Assembly (NCBI GenBank): GCA_963815495.1
Contig: CAWFGW010000007.1
Span: 129,531 to 193,530 of the forward strand
DNA from: an uncultured Cytophagales bacterium
Lineage (GTDB): Bacteria; Bacteroidota; Bacteroidia; Cytophagales; JAAEPT01
Reading direction: 5' to 3'
Length of the DNA: 64,000 bases
A program made the translations under genes and the position numbers. The notes under the pieces are model-generated. The model ran no database searches, was not told the DNA's origin, and saw only the letters and a list, made by a program, of their open reading frames with translations. Shown piece by piece: positions 8,723 to 17,111 of this stretch. Within the stretch, counting starts at the first letter, position 1; every line of letters starts with the position of its first letter.

Positions 8723-10903
8723 TTAAATAACACATTCAAATATTCCAATAATCCTTAAAGTTTTAACTTCATCATCTTTCAACTTTAAAGGCTTATAATC
8801 GGAATTGGTTGATTGAGGTAATAGTGTAATTGTATCATGTTGCCAACCATCCTCAGACACCGTCTTTTTACTATGGTATTCCTTAACAGTGTAACATGAA
8901 CCAAAATCAGAATCTTGTATATCCGTATGTTCTGCTAGTACTATTAGTCCATTTCTCGATCCGCCAGAATATTTTTTGAATAAACAAATAGAACCATCTG
9001 GAATTACTTTATTCATTGATTCACCCACTACTTTACACGCAAAAAAATCTCTAGAAGCTTGATAGCGTTGGGGTAGAGAAATCCATTCATAGTCTTCAAC
9101 ATTTTGTATATCACTGAAACTTCCAGCAGCTGCTTTTAAATCATATAAAGGAATAGAATTTTCAAAAGGGACTATATCATTAGGGTTTAAAGGTGTAATT
9201 ATATCTTTAAAGGATGATTTAACGGGAATGAATCGGGATAAATAATCTCTTAAATTTTTATCACAGACATACACATAAGTTCCCTTTATACCTCTTAACA
9301 AAATCGTTTTGTAGATGTTGATTATATAAGATTTTAATTCTTTAGGATCTTTTATTGATTGCTTACCGTTTTTATCAAAATAATTTTCAGAGATGATTTC
9401 TATTTCATTTGTTTGTTTATTGTAAGTTATTTCATTTCCAAAAATTATCCCTGCATAATTTAAATCATAACCTTGAGTTGTATGTATACATCCGACTTCG
9501 TTAATCGAATTTTCTGAGTTAATCCAATCGGTTGCAGTTCCGTTCCATTTTAATTGAACATTATCTATCTCAATGTCAAAAGCTTGAGAATCTTTATTAG
9601 AAATCCAACTCCAAGAATAACCAGCTATTAATCGAGATAATCCATTTTCATTATTCCTAGATTTGATTTGATCCACAAACTCTTCGATTGAATCAAAAAG
9701 TAAAAACTCATATTTTGGAGCATTGAATGGAGCAATGTCATTCGTTAATGTCCCATTCAACATTTTAGTAACAAAGTCTACATACGCATTCCCACCTTTC
9801 ACTCTAAATTGAGAGTTCAATTTTTCAACTGATGTTGACAAACTTAGTTTTAGTCTATCAAAACTTTGTTTTTCTACATCTGAAGGCTTTATGGACTGGG
9901 AGTCATCATAGAATAAAATAGTCTTTTTGGATTGCATTACAACCCAGTCTAATTCATTAGATGTATTCTTTTCAGTCCCAAGTTTTTCACAAACTTTGTC
10001 AAAAGCACCATAGTATGCGCCAAGATTTATTCTGCGCCTAAGTCTATGAGATTCATCAACTAGAATAATATCGAAGTCTTCTTTAATTACCTCAGCGGGC
10101 CCAATAACCATTCTAGCACTTAAACCTTTAATATTCTTAAAGACTTTTTTAATGGTACTTCTAAACGAGGCCATCGGGATAACCAACGCCATTTTAGGGT
10201 TAGGAAACCTAATTTTAAGTTGTTCTATTAGATAAATGAATTCTTTCTCGTCTTCACCGAATTCTTTAAAGTTGAAATCATCATTATCAGAATTAAGTAT
10301 CTTAAAAAGGAATATAGCTAATATGGTTTTCCCTGTCCCTGCTCCACCTTCAATAAGGATATTTTCTTTTTTATCATTTAGAAGACTTTTTAAAATAATG
10401 AGTAGGCCTTGTCTTTGATCATAAGTTAATGTCTTATATGGAGAATATTTAAACAGATCCGAATTATCAATATGTTGAATCGAATGTTTAGTAATTCCTT
10501 CTGATCTCAGTGAGTTCCAAATTGTATTAAAAATATCCCAGTAAACTTCTTTTTTTTGATAGTAATTGTGATTGGCTAAACCCAAATTCCCATTTAAAAG
10601 TTTATACTGCCCATCTCCGGATATATACTTAATCAAGTTAGATTCTATATCTAAAGTGGCAGATTTATTAAATTTATCACTTGTAATTAAATGTACGGAT
10701 GTAAGCTTTTTTTTTGTGTCATTTTTTAAATGAGCTGCCATGCGAGCATATGCATCAGTTGTTTCTCCAACATAGGCTTCTTTAACTCCCTCATCACTTA
10801 AAATATAAACTAAAGGCCAAAAATCTTTAGCATGATGATTTGTACTAAAATCATCAAAAAGGTTAGAATTAAAATTGTATTGCTTTACTGCAATTTGGCT
10901 CAT
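8723..10903 (-). CDS. three-domain protein: GIY-YIG nuclease + DUF2075-type P-loop (SF1-like) helicase + C-terminal S24 (LexA/UmuD-like) peptidase
   Basis: GIY-YIG at aa 28-100 (LVYIL...AYVGETTDAYARMAAHL). Walker A GGAGTGKT at aa 186-193. Walker B ILVDESHRL at aa 280-288. HTTQGYDLNYAGIIFG motif. S24 domain at aa ~583-726 with AAAG (591-594), GESM (Ser629) and YTVKEY (Lys674). Confidence 0.8.
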   Translation of the reverse strand: MSQIAVKQYNFNSNLFDDFSTNHHAKDFWPLVYILSDEGVKEAYVGETTDAYARMAAHLKNDTKKKLTSVHLITSDKFNKSATLDIESNLIKYISGDGQYKLLNGNLGLANHNYYQKKEVYWDIFNTIWNSLRSEGITKHSIQHIDNSDLFKYSPYKTLTYDQRQGLLIILKSLLNDKKENILIEGGAGTGKTILAIFLFKILNSDNDDFNFKEFGEDEKEFIYLIEQLKIRFPNPKMALVIPMASFRSTIKKVFKNIKGLSARMVIGPAEVIKEDFDIILVDESHRLRRRINLGAYYGAFDKVCEKLGTEKNTSNELDWVVMQSKKTILFYDDSQSIKPSDVEKQSFDRLKLSLSTSVEKLNSQFRVKGGNAYVDFVTKMLNGTLTNDIAPFNAPKYEFLLFDSIEEFVDQIKSRNNENGLSRLIAGYSWSWISNKDSQAFDIEIDNVQLKWNGTATDWINSENSINEVGCIHTTQGYDLNYAGIIFGNEITYNKQTNEIEIISENYFDKNGKQSIKDPKELKSYIINIYKTILLRGIKGTYVYVCDKNLRDYLSRFIPVKSSFKDIITPLNPNDIVPFENSIPLYDLKAAAGSFSDIQNVEDYEWISLPQRYQASRDFFACKVVGESMNKVIPDGSICLFKKYSGGSRNGLIVLAEHTDIQDSDFGSCYTVKEYHSKKTVSEDGWQHDTITLLPQSTNSDYKPLKLKDDEVKTLRIIGIFECVI

Positions 10904-11226
10904 AATTCATTATATTTTTTTGCAGTACCTTTAGACTTTTGAACTGGATATTTTTCAGCATTTTTTTGAACTTTAGCCATTATAATTTCTTTCACATCAA
11001 GATTATACTTATCAGCAAGCAAAAAAGCATATGCAAAAACATCTGCTAGCTCTTCCTTTATTTTATTCAGATTAGCCTCTTCAGGATTTTTCCATAAAAA
11101 TAATTCAAGTAACTCACCTGCTTCTACATTAAGCGCTAACGCTAAATCTTTTGCATTATGAAATTGTTCCCAATCTCTTTCATTCCTGAACTCTATGAGT
11201 TTTTTAATAATTTCTTCCATAGTCAT
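10900..11226 (-). CDS. MazG-like nucleotide pyrophosphohydrolase (dCTPase/DCTPP1-like all-alpha NTP-PPase)
   Basis: RDWEQFH...EAGELLE...EELADVFAY motifs (EExxE/D metal sites). ATGA stop/start overlap with the downstream helicase gene. ATG 11226 chosen over the upstream TTG. Confidence 0.75.
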   Translation of the reverse strand: MTMEEIIKKLIEFRNERDWEQFHNAKDLALALNVEAGELLELFLWKNPEEANLNKIKEELADVFAYAFLLADKYNLDVKEIIMAKVQKNAEKYPVQKSKGTAKKYNEL

Positions 11227-11370
11227 AACAAATGTTATAAGCCTCAATTTAATCTAATGAAAACAAAACATGTATAAAAACAGGTCATAATTTATAAAAA
11301 CTTTATTATTAAAAAACATAACTTGTCAATCATGAACATAATTTATGTTTGACTTTTATAAAAACAAACC

Positions 11371-11802
11371 ATGGACATTCCTGAAAAAATAAACTACAAG
11401 TACAACACTAAAAAAGCACTTACTTATGTGCTCGTTGGGTTAGGACTTACTTTGGGGTCTATTATTGTCCCGGTAGTAAGAATTCTTGTGTTCATTGTTG
11501 GTCTTATGGTAACCTTTACTGGTCTAGGGGCTTTAGTCCGCAGAAAACCGCAACTTTTATTGGATAAAGAAGGGTTATATATTGGCTTTAAGATTAAAAG
11601 GAAAATACCCTGGCGATTTATAGATGCAACTAGTGTGAAAAAAGAAAAAGTAGATGATCGGCTTGTGTGGTATTTAAGAGTACGTACTAAGTCGGTAAAA
11701 GGCGGGGTTATCGGGTATAATAATTTTGAAGCAAATCTCGACTTATTAAAAATTGATTCTTATGTACTAAAGGAACAACTGAACCATTTTAGAGGAATTT
11801 AA
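11371..11802 (+). CDS. small membrane protein with two TM helices and a PH-like soluble domain
   Basis: 143-aa ORF. Hydrophobic stretch at aa 17-55. No catalytic motif. Confidence 0.45.
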   Translation: MDIPEKINYKYNTKKALTYVLVGLGLTLGSIIVPVVRILVFIVGLMVTFTGLGALVRRKPQLLLDKEGLYIGFKIKRKIPWRFIDATSVKKEKVDDRLVWYLRVRTKSVKGGVIGYNNFEANLDLLKIDSYVLKEQLNHFRGI

Positions 11803-11809
11803 TACCAGC

Positions 11810-12436
11810 CTATTTTTCAATCTCCTTTAACACCGACACATACAACTTACTAATCGCTGCTTTGGAAGCCCCATTTTTATTGATATAAACCAACAGATGC
11901 TGATCATGGTATTCAATACATAGTTTCTCAAAGTCTTTTGCTAGCCTCCTAACTGTAGCTCCCACATGTTGTTCAAACGTATCTTTTGAAGGCGTTTTTA
12001 AAAAGAGTGTAGTAGATAATCCACCAAGTTGCACAAACCCTGCAGACTCCAAGTCGTGTTTGCTGATTCGTCCCAATGAATCCAGTGATTCGATCACAAA
12101 GGGTGGCCAGTTACTATCAGGTAAACCAAAAATAAGTACCATACGTGTGTACTTGATATCCGTATTTCCAGTGCTTGCATACACCCAATCCAATGCATAA
12201 TCTCGGGCCTCACCTCTGCTTTTTACATAGCAGTTTTCCATATCTACGACAGGTCCTTTGGCTTGTAAAAACGTCTTTGGGAAAAATGACTGCAGCTGGT
12301 CGTTAAAGTCATCTTTAAAACTTTTAAATCCTAGATTAGCAAAGAGCTGATCCAGTTTTTCGGTTCTTCGTCTTTTAATACCGATACCTATCACCGCAAA
12401 CAATCCGAGGAGGACAAGAATTAAAGCTTTTACCAT
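11810..12436 (-). CDS. membrane-anchored hypothetical protein
   Basis: 208-aa ORF with a single N-terminal TM helix followed by KRRR. No recognisable domain. Confidence 0.45.
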   Translation of the reverse strand: MVKALILVLLGLFAVIGIGIKRRRTEKLDQLFANLGFKSFKDDFNDQLQSFFPKTFLQAKGPVVDMENCYVKSRGEARDYALDWVYASTGNTDIKYTRMVLIFGLPDSNWPPFVIESLDSLGRISKHDLESAGFVQLGGLSTTLFLKTPSKDTFEQHVGATVRRLAKDFEKLCIEYHDQHLLVYINKNGASKAAISKLYVSVLKEIEK

Positions 12437-12585
12437 GACCTAAAGGTAGCTAATTCGTAAAATTTTATTTCCTAATATAAAACTTTCGGTATGTTTGCCT
12501 GAAATTGTGAGATTTTATAAAAATTGGAGGTAAATAATATTAGAACCAAAACCTCCGTTTGACTACCTCAATTAATTCGCAAGCT

Positions 12586-12927
12586 CTAATTCGACCAAAC
12601 CGCATATCCTTTTCTTCTTAACTCCAGAGTTAACTGCTTTTCCATCTTTAGTGCCTCTTCCCGGGTTTTGTAGGGTGGTAAATGGCCGTATAAACTAGAC
12701 CGTAAATAAGCACCATACTTTTCGACTATGGAGGAGGAAATTTTATAACCCTTTTTACTTAAGGCACTCGTCCTGTGTTGTAAAAACCGCTCTTGAGGTG
12801 TTTTGCTTGTCATACCTACATACACACATTCAAGCGCACCATTGTATTGGGGGTTTGCAGTCCTGAACTTGGTGTTTTCAGAATATACTTTGCGCAAAAG
12901 CTCTATTACGTAAACAGTATAAGGCAT
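12586..12927 (-). CDS. stand-alone GIY-YIG-like small protein
   Basis: YTVYVIEL ... CVYVGMTSKTPQERFLQH pattern (GIY ... YIG ... R ... H) in a 113-aa protein. Confidence 0.5.
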   Translation of the reverse strand: MPYTVYVIELLRKVYSENTKFRTANPQYNGALECVYVGMTSKTPQERFLQHRTSALSKKGYKISSSIVEKYGAYLRSSLYGHLPPYKTREEALKMEKQLTLELRRKGYAVWSN

Positions 12928-12996
12928 AGTAGATGTGCGTTTAACCGTGAATGATTGCTGAATTCCTTCAATAAGTATTTCATTTAAATCACATAG

Positions 12997-13998
12997 TTAG
13001 GTTCTGGGCTCAATTTTAATAGTCCATACAACTTCTTGTAGTCTATTCGCTATTTTTTTCATCGTATTTAAAACAGCTTTTTCATCGGGTAAAGAACTAT
13101 ACACTAAATCCTTAAATGCACCACTATACGTAGGCTTTAGTTCTACCCAAACAGCATCTATATTTTTAAAAAACAATGCTTTGCTAGGGTGATGCTCTAA
13201 CCACGAATTATTGTTTCTAAAACTTACAACATCATCTTGCGCTACTTTTAATAACATCTCTTCAAAAGCTGGGGAAAGAAAAAACAACACAAACTCATCT
13301 TGCTGTAGCAGTTGGTGTAAATCGTAGGTATGACGAATTTTCTTCTTTAAGTCATCCATTGGATTTTCTCCGTAAGAAAACCGAACTAAGCTCATTATTT
13401 TTTCGCAAAGGGTTCGAATGGGTTCTAATACACGCACTTCAAATGGCATCATACCATTGGCTTCTGCGATAGCTGTCTGCCCAGTATTTAGCATCATATC
13501 GCCCACAAAGGAGTTCAGTTTTTTATTGGTGTATGGCTCAAAATAACCTAACCAACTTGATTCTAATATGATAACATCTCTTACTTGTCCAAAACTACCT
13601 TCAAATGATTTATTATACGTATGCGCTGTTTTACGATTCATCCCCATTTTATGAGTAATTTCTTCAATAAATACTTCGGGTAAAACCTTTTCGACTACTT
13701 TACTAATCGTTCTAATCTTGGTTTTTAGATTATTATCGTTTTCACCCTCTCTGCGCAATACCACCAAGTCTATATCTTCTGAAAAACGATCTATCATTTT
13801 ATAACATTTCGATAGTGCTGTACCTCCCTTAAAAACAGTCTCCTCTCCTATCCTATGGCTAAAAATGATATGAAGCGCATAGGTGACCCAATAATCTTTC
13901 TCAACATAAATTGCAGGCATACCCATGTAATCAGCTGTAAACTGAATCGCTTGTCGAAATAAAGTTTTGTCTTCGTGTAGCTTCATGCGATATTCCAT
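12997..13998 (-). CDS. abiEii: AbiEii/AbiGii-family nucleotidyltransferase toxin
   Basis: YVEKDYWVTYAL ... FKGGTALSKCY ... RFSEDIDLVV motifs. Overlaps the upstream antitoxin gene by 16 nt. Confidence 0.85.
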   Translation of the reverse strand: MEYRMKLHEDKTLFRQAIQFTADYMGMPAIYVEKDYWVTYALHIIFSHRIGEETVFKGGTALSKCYKMIDRFSEDIDLVVLRREGENDNNLKTKIRTISKVVEKVLPEVFIEEITHKMGMNRKTAHTYNKSFEGSFGQVRDVIILESSWLGYFEPYTNKKLNSFVGDMMLNTGQTAIAEANGMMPFEVRVLEPIRTLCEKIMSLVRFSYGENPMDDLKKKIRHTYDLHQLLQQDEFVLFFLSPAFEEMLLKVAQDDVVSFRNNNSWLEHHPSKALFFKNIDAVWVELKPTYSGAFKDLVYSSLPDEKAVLNTMKKIANRLQEVVWTIKIEPRT

Positions 13999-14708
13999 TT
14001 TTCTGTTGCAAACAATACTTTGTCAGCACCAGGTAATTTATACTTAGTAATAGGGTTTAATGATTTTAAAAGAGATATAGTCAAATCTCTTTGTTGTAAT
14101 TGTTCCAACAAAGCGCCTAACAAAGCTCTAGTCGCGGGAGGATATTTTAAAGCCAACCGAACTAACTTAGTGATCTCTTTATCTGAAAAACTCTTCAATA
14201 TAGCTAATAGCCGCTTTAACGATGATTCTATTGTTGCATCAGGTATTTTTTTAATATATCGTATTGCATCTAATAGTTGAAGTAGAGGAATATTCTCTTT
14301 GGTAATGGTGTTTTTTTGTTTTATAAATGAAATGGTATAGCGTTCCCTTTTAAAGTTTGGACGTATCACATTTTTACCTATTTGAATAGTATTGCTTACC
14401 TGTGTAGTTAAGCCTAATTGACTGTAAACACTGTAACCTGTGAGGTAACCTATAATTTTCCCATTGTCTTCCAACAAGTCTTTTACTATTTGCGCTTGAT
14501 TAGGCTGTAGCTTTCCAAAAGGCGTGTCTTCAGGTTTGTAATACTTGCCTTTGGATAATTTGGCAATTTTTCCTGATTGCACCATTCTATTTAGTGCTTT
14601 AATAACCGCTTCCTTTTTACCCACCTCTGTTACAAAGTCAGCATAGGTAAACACATACCCCATAGGGAGTCTATCTATGCTATTCGATATATAATCAGTT
14701 ACTTTCAT
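13983..14708 (-). CDS. abiEi: AbiEi-family (DUF6088-like) antitoxin/transcriptional regulator
   Basis: N-terminal winged-helix-like region (FTYADF...AVIKALNRMVQSGKIAKLSKGKYY), placed directly upstream of abiEii and overlapping it. Confidence 0.75.
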   Translation of the reverse strand: MKVTDYISNSIDRLPMGYVFTYADFVTEVGKKEAVIKALNRMVQSGKIAKLSKGKYYKPEDTPFGKLQPNQAQIVKDLLEDNGKIIGYLTGYSVYSQLGLTTQVSNTIQIGKNVIRPNFKRERYTISFIKQKNTITKENIPLLQLLDAIRYIKKIPDATIESSLKRLLAILKSFSDKEITKLVRLALKYPPATRALLGALLEQLQQRDLTISLLKSLNPITKYKLPGADKVLFATEKWNIA

Positions 14709-14738
14709 ACATTATCCACACAATAAAGATAATTAATT

Positions 14739-14768
14739 TGTCCAGTTTATTATAAAAAAAACTGGACA
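14739..14768. promoter_or_regulatory. inverted repeat TGTCCAGTTT-N10-AAACTGGACA, candidate AbiEi operator
   Basis: Perfect 10-bp arms at 14739-14748 and 14759-14768, lying 31-60 bp upstream of the abiEi ATG (14708). Confidence 0.4.
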
Positions 14769-14781
14769 TTTTTGATATTTA

Positions 14782-14827
14782 GTAAGGTATATCTAACTTG
14801 CGTACACGCAAGTTAGATATACCTTAC
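14782..14827. repeat. 46-bp perfect palindrome (21-bp arms, 4-nt centre)
   Basis: GTAAGGTATATCTAACTTGCG-TACA-CGCAAGTTAGATATACCTTAC. Read directly and both arms checked base by base. Confidence 0.9.
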
Positions 14828-15170
14828 CATGTTAATTGCCCTACTGCAATTGTAAACTCACTTCCATTTTTCACTCCTCTCTAAAAAACATCACGTTTAT
14901 TGAACAATAATCACAATTTAATCCTGTCCTATAAATGGAAGGCTACAAATACATTGAAGTAAATCTTCACATTTTCCAGTGTAAAAATTGTCTAAATTTT
15001 ACAAAATCGTCTCCGTCTCAATAAGATTCCTGATCAACTCCGCGCTGCTACGTTGTTTGGAATGACGGTGTGGGTATTGGTTTTACGTGGATACCTGGTG
15101 CATATTGAAAAAATTTTACCCTTAAAAACAAAATAGGCTTACACTTTTGGTGTACGCCTTTGCTTTTGTG

Positions 15171-15244
15171 AGCCCCCAGTCGGATTCGAACCAACGACCT
15201 ACTGATTACAAGTCAGTTGCTCTGGCCAACTGAGCTATGGAGGC
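15171..15244 (-). tRNA. tRNA-Thr (anticodon UGU)
   Basis: Cloverleaf folded by hand: acceptor GCCTCCA/TGGGGGC, D stem GCTC/GAGC, anticodon stem ACTGA/TCAGT with loop CTTGTAA, T stem GTTGG/CCGAC with loop TTCGAAT. 74 nt, CCA not encoded. Confidence 0.9.
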
Positions 15245-15458
15245 CTCTGTTCTATTTGAACGGCTGCAAATGTAGTGGTCTATTTATAGATTTGCAAACC
15301 TACAAACAGCTTTTTTGAAGATATTTTACACTTAATATTCAAAGTTATTGATTAACTGCATTTTACGCTTCAACTCTTTGAGCTGCTTTTCTGCTACCGC
15401 TACTTTTTGGTCTACTTCTTCGCGTAATTTGTCTGCATTCTTTGAGCGAGCAAAAAAC

Positions 15459-17102
15459 TCAATGTTCGTTTTTAAGCGTAGAAATGTCAGATTTGATGTC
15501 GTTCATCTGATTTCTGACTTTGTCCTTATGCTTGCCGATGATCACACCAGCATTCGGATGACCTTTTAAGCTACCTAGTTCTACTGCTATCTCAAGCTCA
15601 TCTTTTTGCGACCCTTCTGGTAACTTCGCGACAAAGGTGCTGGTTGCTTGCTTATATGCTTTCGATATCGATTCAATTTTGTCTTTTGGTACAAACCCCA
15701 CAGCATCGTATTGCGCGATGAGATCAGTAAACTCTGATACCTGATCTTCTTTAAGTTGATTTATCGCTTCAATGAGTTCACGTTTTGCTTTTGCATTGTC
15801 CACAAATTCTGCGTCTTTCTCAGCAAAAAAAGCTTTTCTTCGGTTGAAAAAATAATCACAGGCTTCACGAAAACGACCATAAATGGCATCACTTTGCTTT
15901 TGAGGTACAGGCCCTATTTTTTTCCAATCGGCTTGTAAACGTTTGATTTTATCGGCTGTATCCTTAAAGTTTTCATGGTCTTTTAAGGCTTCCGCTTTTT
16001 CACACAATGCTTCTTTGGCTTTTAAGTTTTCCTTGCGCTCGTCATCTAATTGATTAAAAAACTCATTTTTCAATTGATAAAACGCTTTGATCTTGCCCCA
16101 AAACTGCTTGGTGATCGTTCTTCCAATTTCCTTATCTACCGGTCCAATCGCTTTCCACAGGTCTTGCTGTTCTGCAATTTCTTTGGTGCGTTGATTCCAA
16201 TCAGAAATTTTAGCGTTGGGAGTATCTATTATCGCTTGTAGTTGTTCAATAATGGCCGCTTTTTTTAGACCGTTTTCTTTTTTCTGAACGGCAAACTCTT
16301 TCTCAAATGCATCACGTTTGTCATACAGGGCTTGAGAAGCAGTCTTCAAGCGTTGCCAAAGGTCTTCCCGTAATTCTTCCGGTATTGGCCCGATGTGCTT
16401 ATATTCTTTGTGGTAAGCAGATAGCTGACCTAAAGCTTTGGATATAGATTCTTCGTTTATTAAACCCTCTACCGACTCACAAATGCCTACTTTAAGGTCA
16501 TAGTTTTTCTTTCGATCCAACTCCTTCAACTCAAAACCAATTGACCGGTTGTTGTAATAAATATCCAACAAGGCTTTATAGTTTCTCCAAAGCTCTGATT
16601 CGGTGTAAGAGGTCACATCGTTTGCTTCCCGCCAGGCTTGTTGCAGATCTTTTACCCTGTTAAAGGTGGCATTGGTTACTTCATTGCTGTTAACCACCTC
16701 ACGAAGTTCTTCCACTACGGCCTCTTTCTTGCGCTGAGCACTTTTTTCTAACTCCTTCTTTTGAGATAAGTAGTTCTTTACGCGCAGGTATAATTCATCA
16801 GCTTGTTTATAGAAAGCTGTTGTTTCTTGATCCAACCGGAAGTCAAAATCAGCAGGTGCTCCACCCTCTTCTTTAAATCGCTCCAGTGCTTCGGCTTTTT
16901 CTTCACCATGTATATCATCAAAAGCAGCTTTAATATCCGATAATTCAGCATTAACCGCATCCATATCTTTGGTTTGGAGTTCTTTTAGGGCTGCTAGCAG
17001 TTCTGCTTTCGTAAAAGAAGAATAATCAACCTCTTCTCGCTGTGGGGCTTCATTCTCACCGAGTAATAATTCTTCTTCGGTTGAGTTACTTAATTCTTGC
17101 AT
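15459..17102 (-). CDS. DUF349 repeat protein
   Basis: Multiple W-x-x-IGPVP-containing helical repeats (QDLWKAIGPVDKE, ADWKKIGPVPQKQ). Confidence 0.7.
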   Translation of the reverse strand: MQELSNSTEEELLLGENEAPQREEVDYSSFTKAELLAALKELQTKDMDAVNAELSDIKAAFDDIHGEEKAEALERFKEEGGAPADFDFRLDQETTAFYKQADELYLRVKNYLSQKKELEKSAQRKKEAVVEELREVVNSNEVTNATFNRVKDLQQAWREANDVTSYTESELWRNYKALLDIYYNNRSIGFELKELDRKKNYDLKVGICESVEGLINEESISKALGQLSAYHKEYKHIGPIPEELREDLWQRLKTASQALYDKRDAFEKEFAVQKKENGLKKAAIIEQLQAIIDTPNAKISDWNQRTKEIAEQQDLWKAIGPVDKEIGRTITKQFWGKIKAFYQLKNEFFNQLDDERKENLKAKEALCEKAEALKDHENFKDTADKIKRLQADWKKIGPVPQKQSDAIYGRFREACDYFFNRRKAFFAEKDAEFVDNAKAKRELIEAINQLKEDQVSEFTDLIAQYDAVGFVPKDKIESISKAYKQATSTFVAKLPEGSQKDELEIAVELGSLKGHPNAGVIIGKHKDKVRNQMNDIKSDISTLKNEH

Positions 17103-17111
17103 TGTTCTATT

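Noticed and set aside
11335-11349. AACATAA-T-TTATGTT inverted repeat in the divergent region between mazG and the 143-aa gene, considered as an SOS or LexA-type operator for the S24-containing cassette
   Set aside because: It lies 22 bp from the plus-strand gene ATG and ~110 bp from mazG. It is short and AT-rich, so likely to occur by chance in this composition. I cannot match it to a defined Bacteroidetes LexA motif from memory.
14990-15110. Possible relic of a tyrosine integrase C-terminus next to tRNA-Thr. Minus-strand fragments read HRHS..., SFQTT-QRGVDQ and ...ETETIL* in different frames, reminiscent of the RHSFAThLLe.GvD box II.
   Set aside because: Only ~20 residues are spread over two frames, and the spacing is too short for a real box II to catalytic Tyr segment. 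This is below what I can support without a profile search. It is worth a tblastn check because it would fit the island model.
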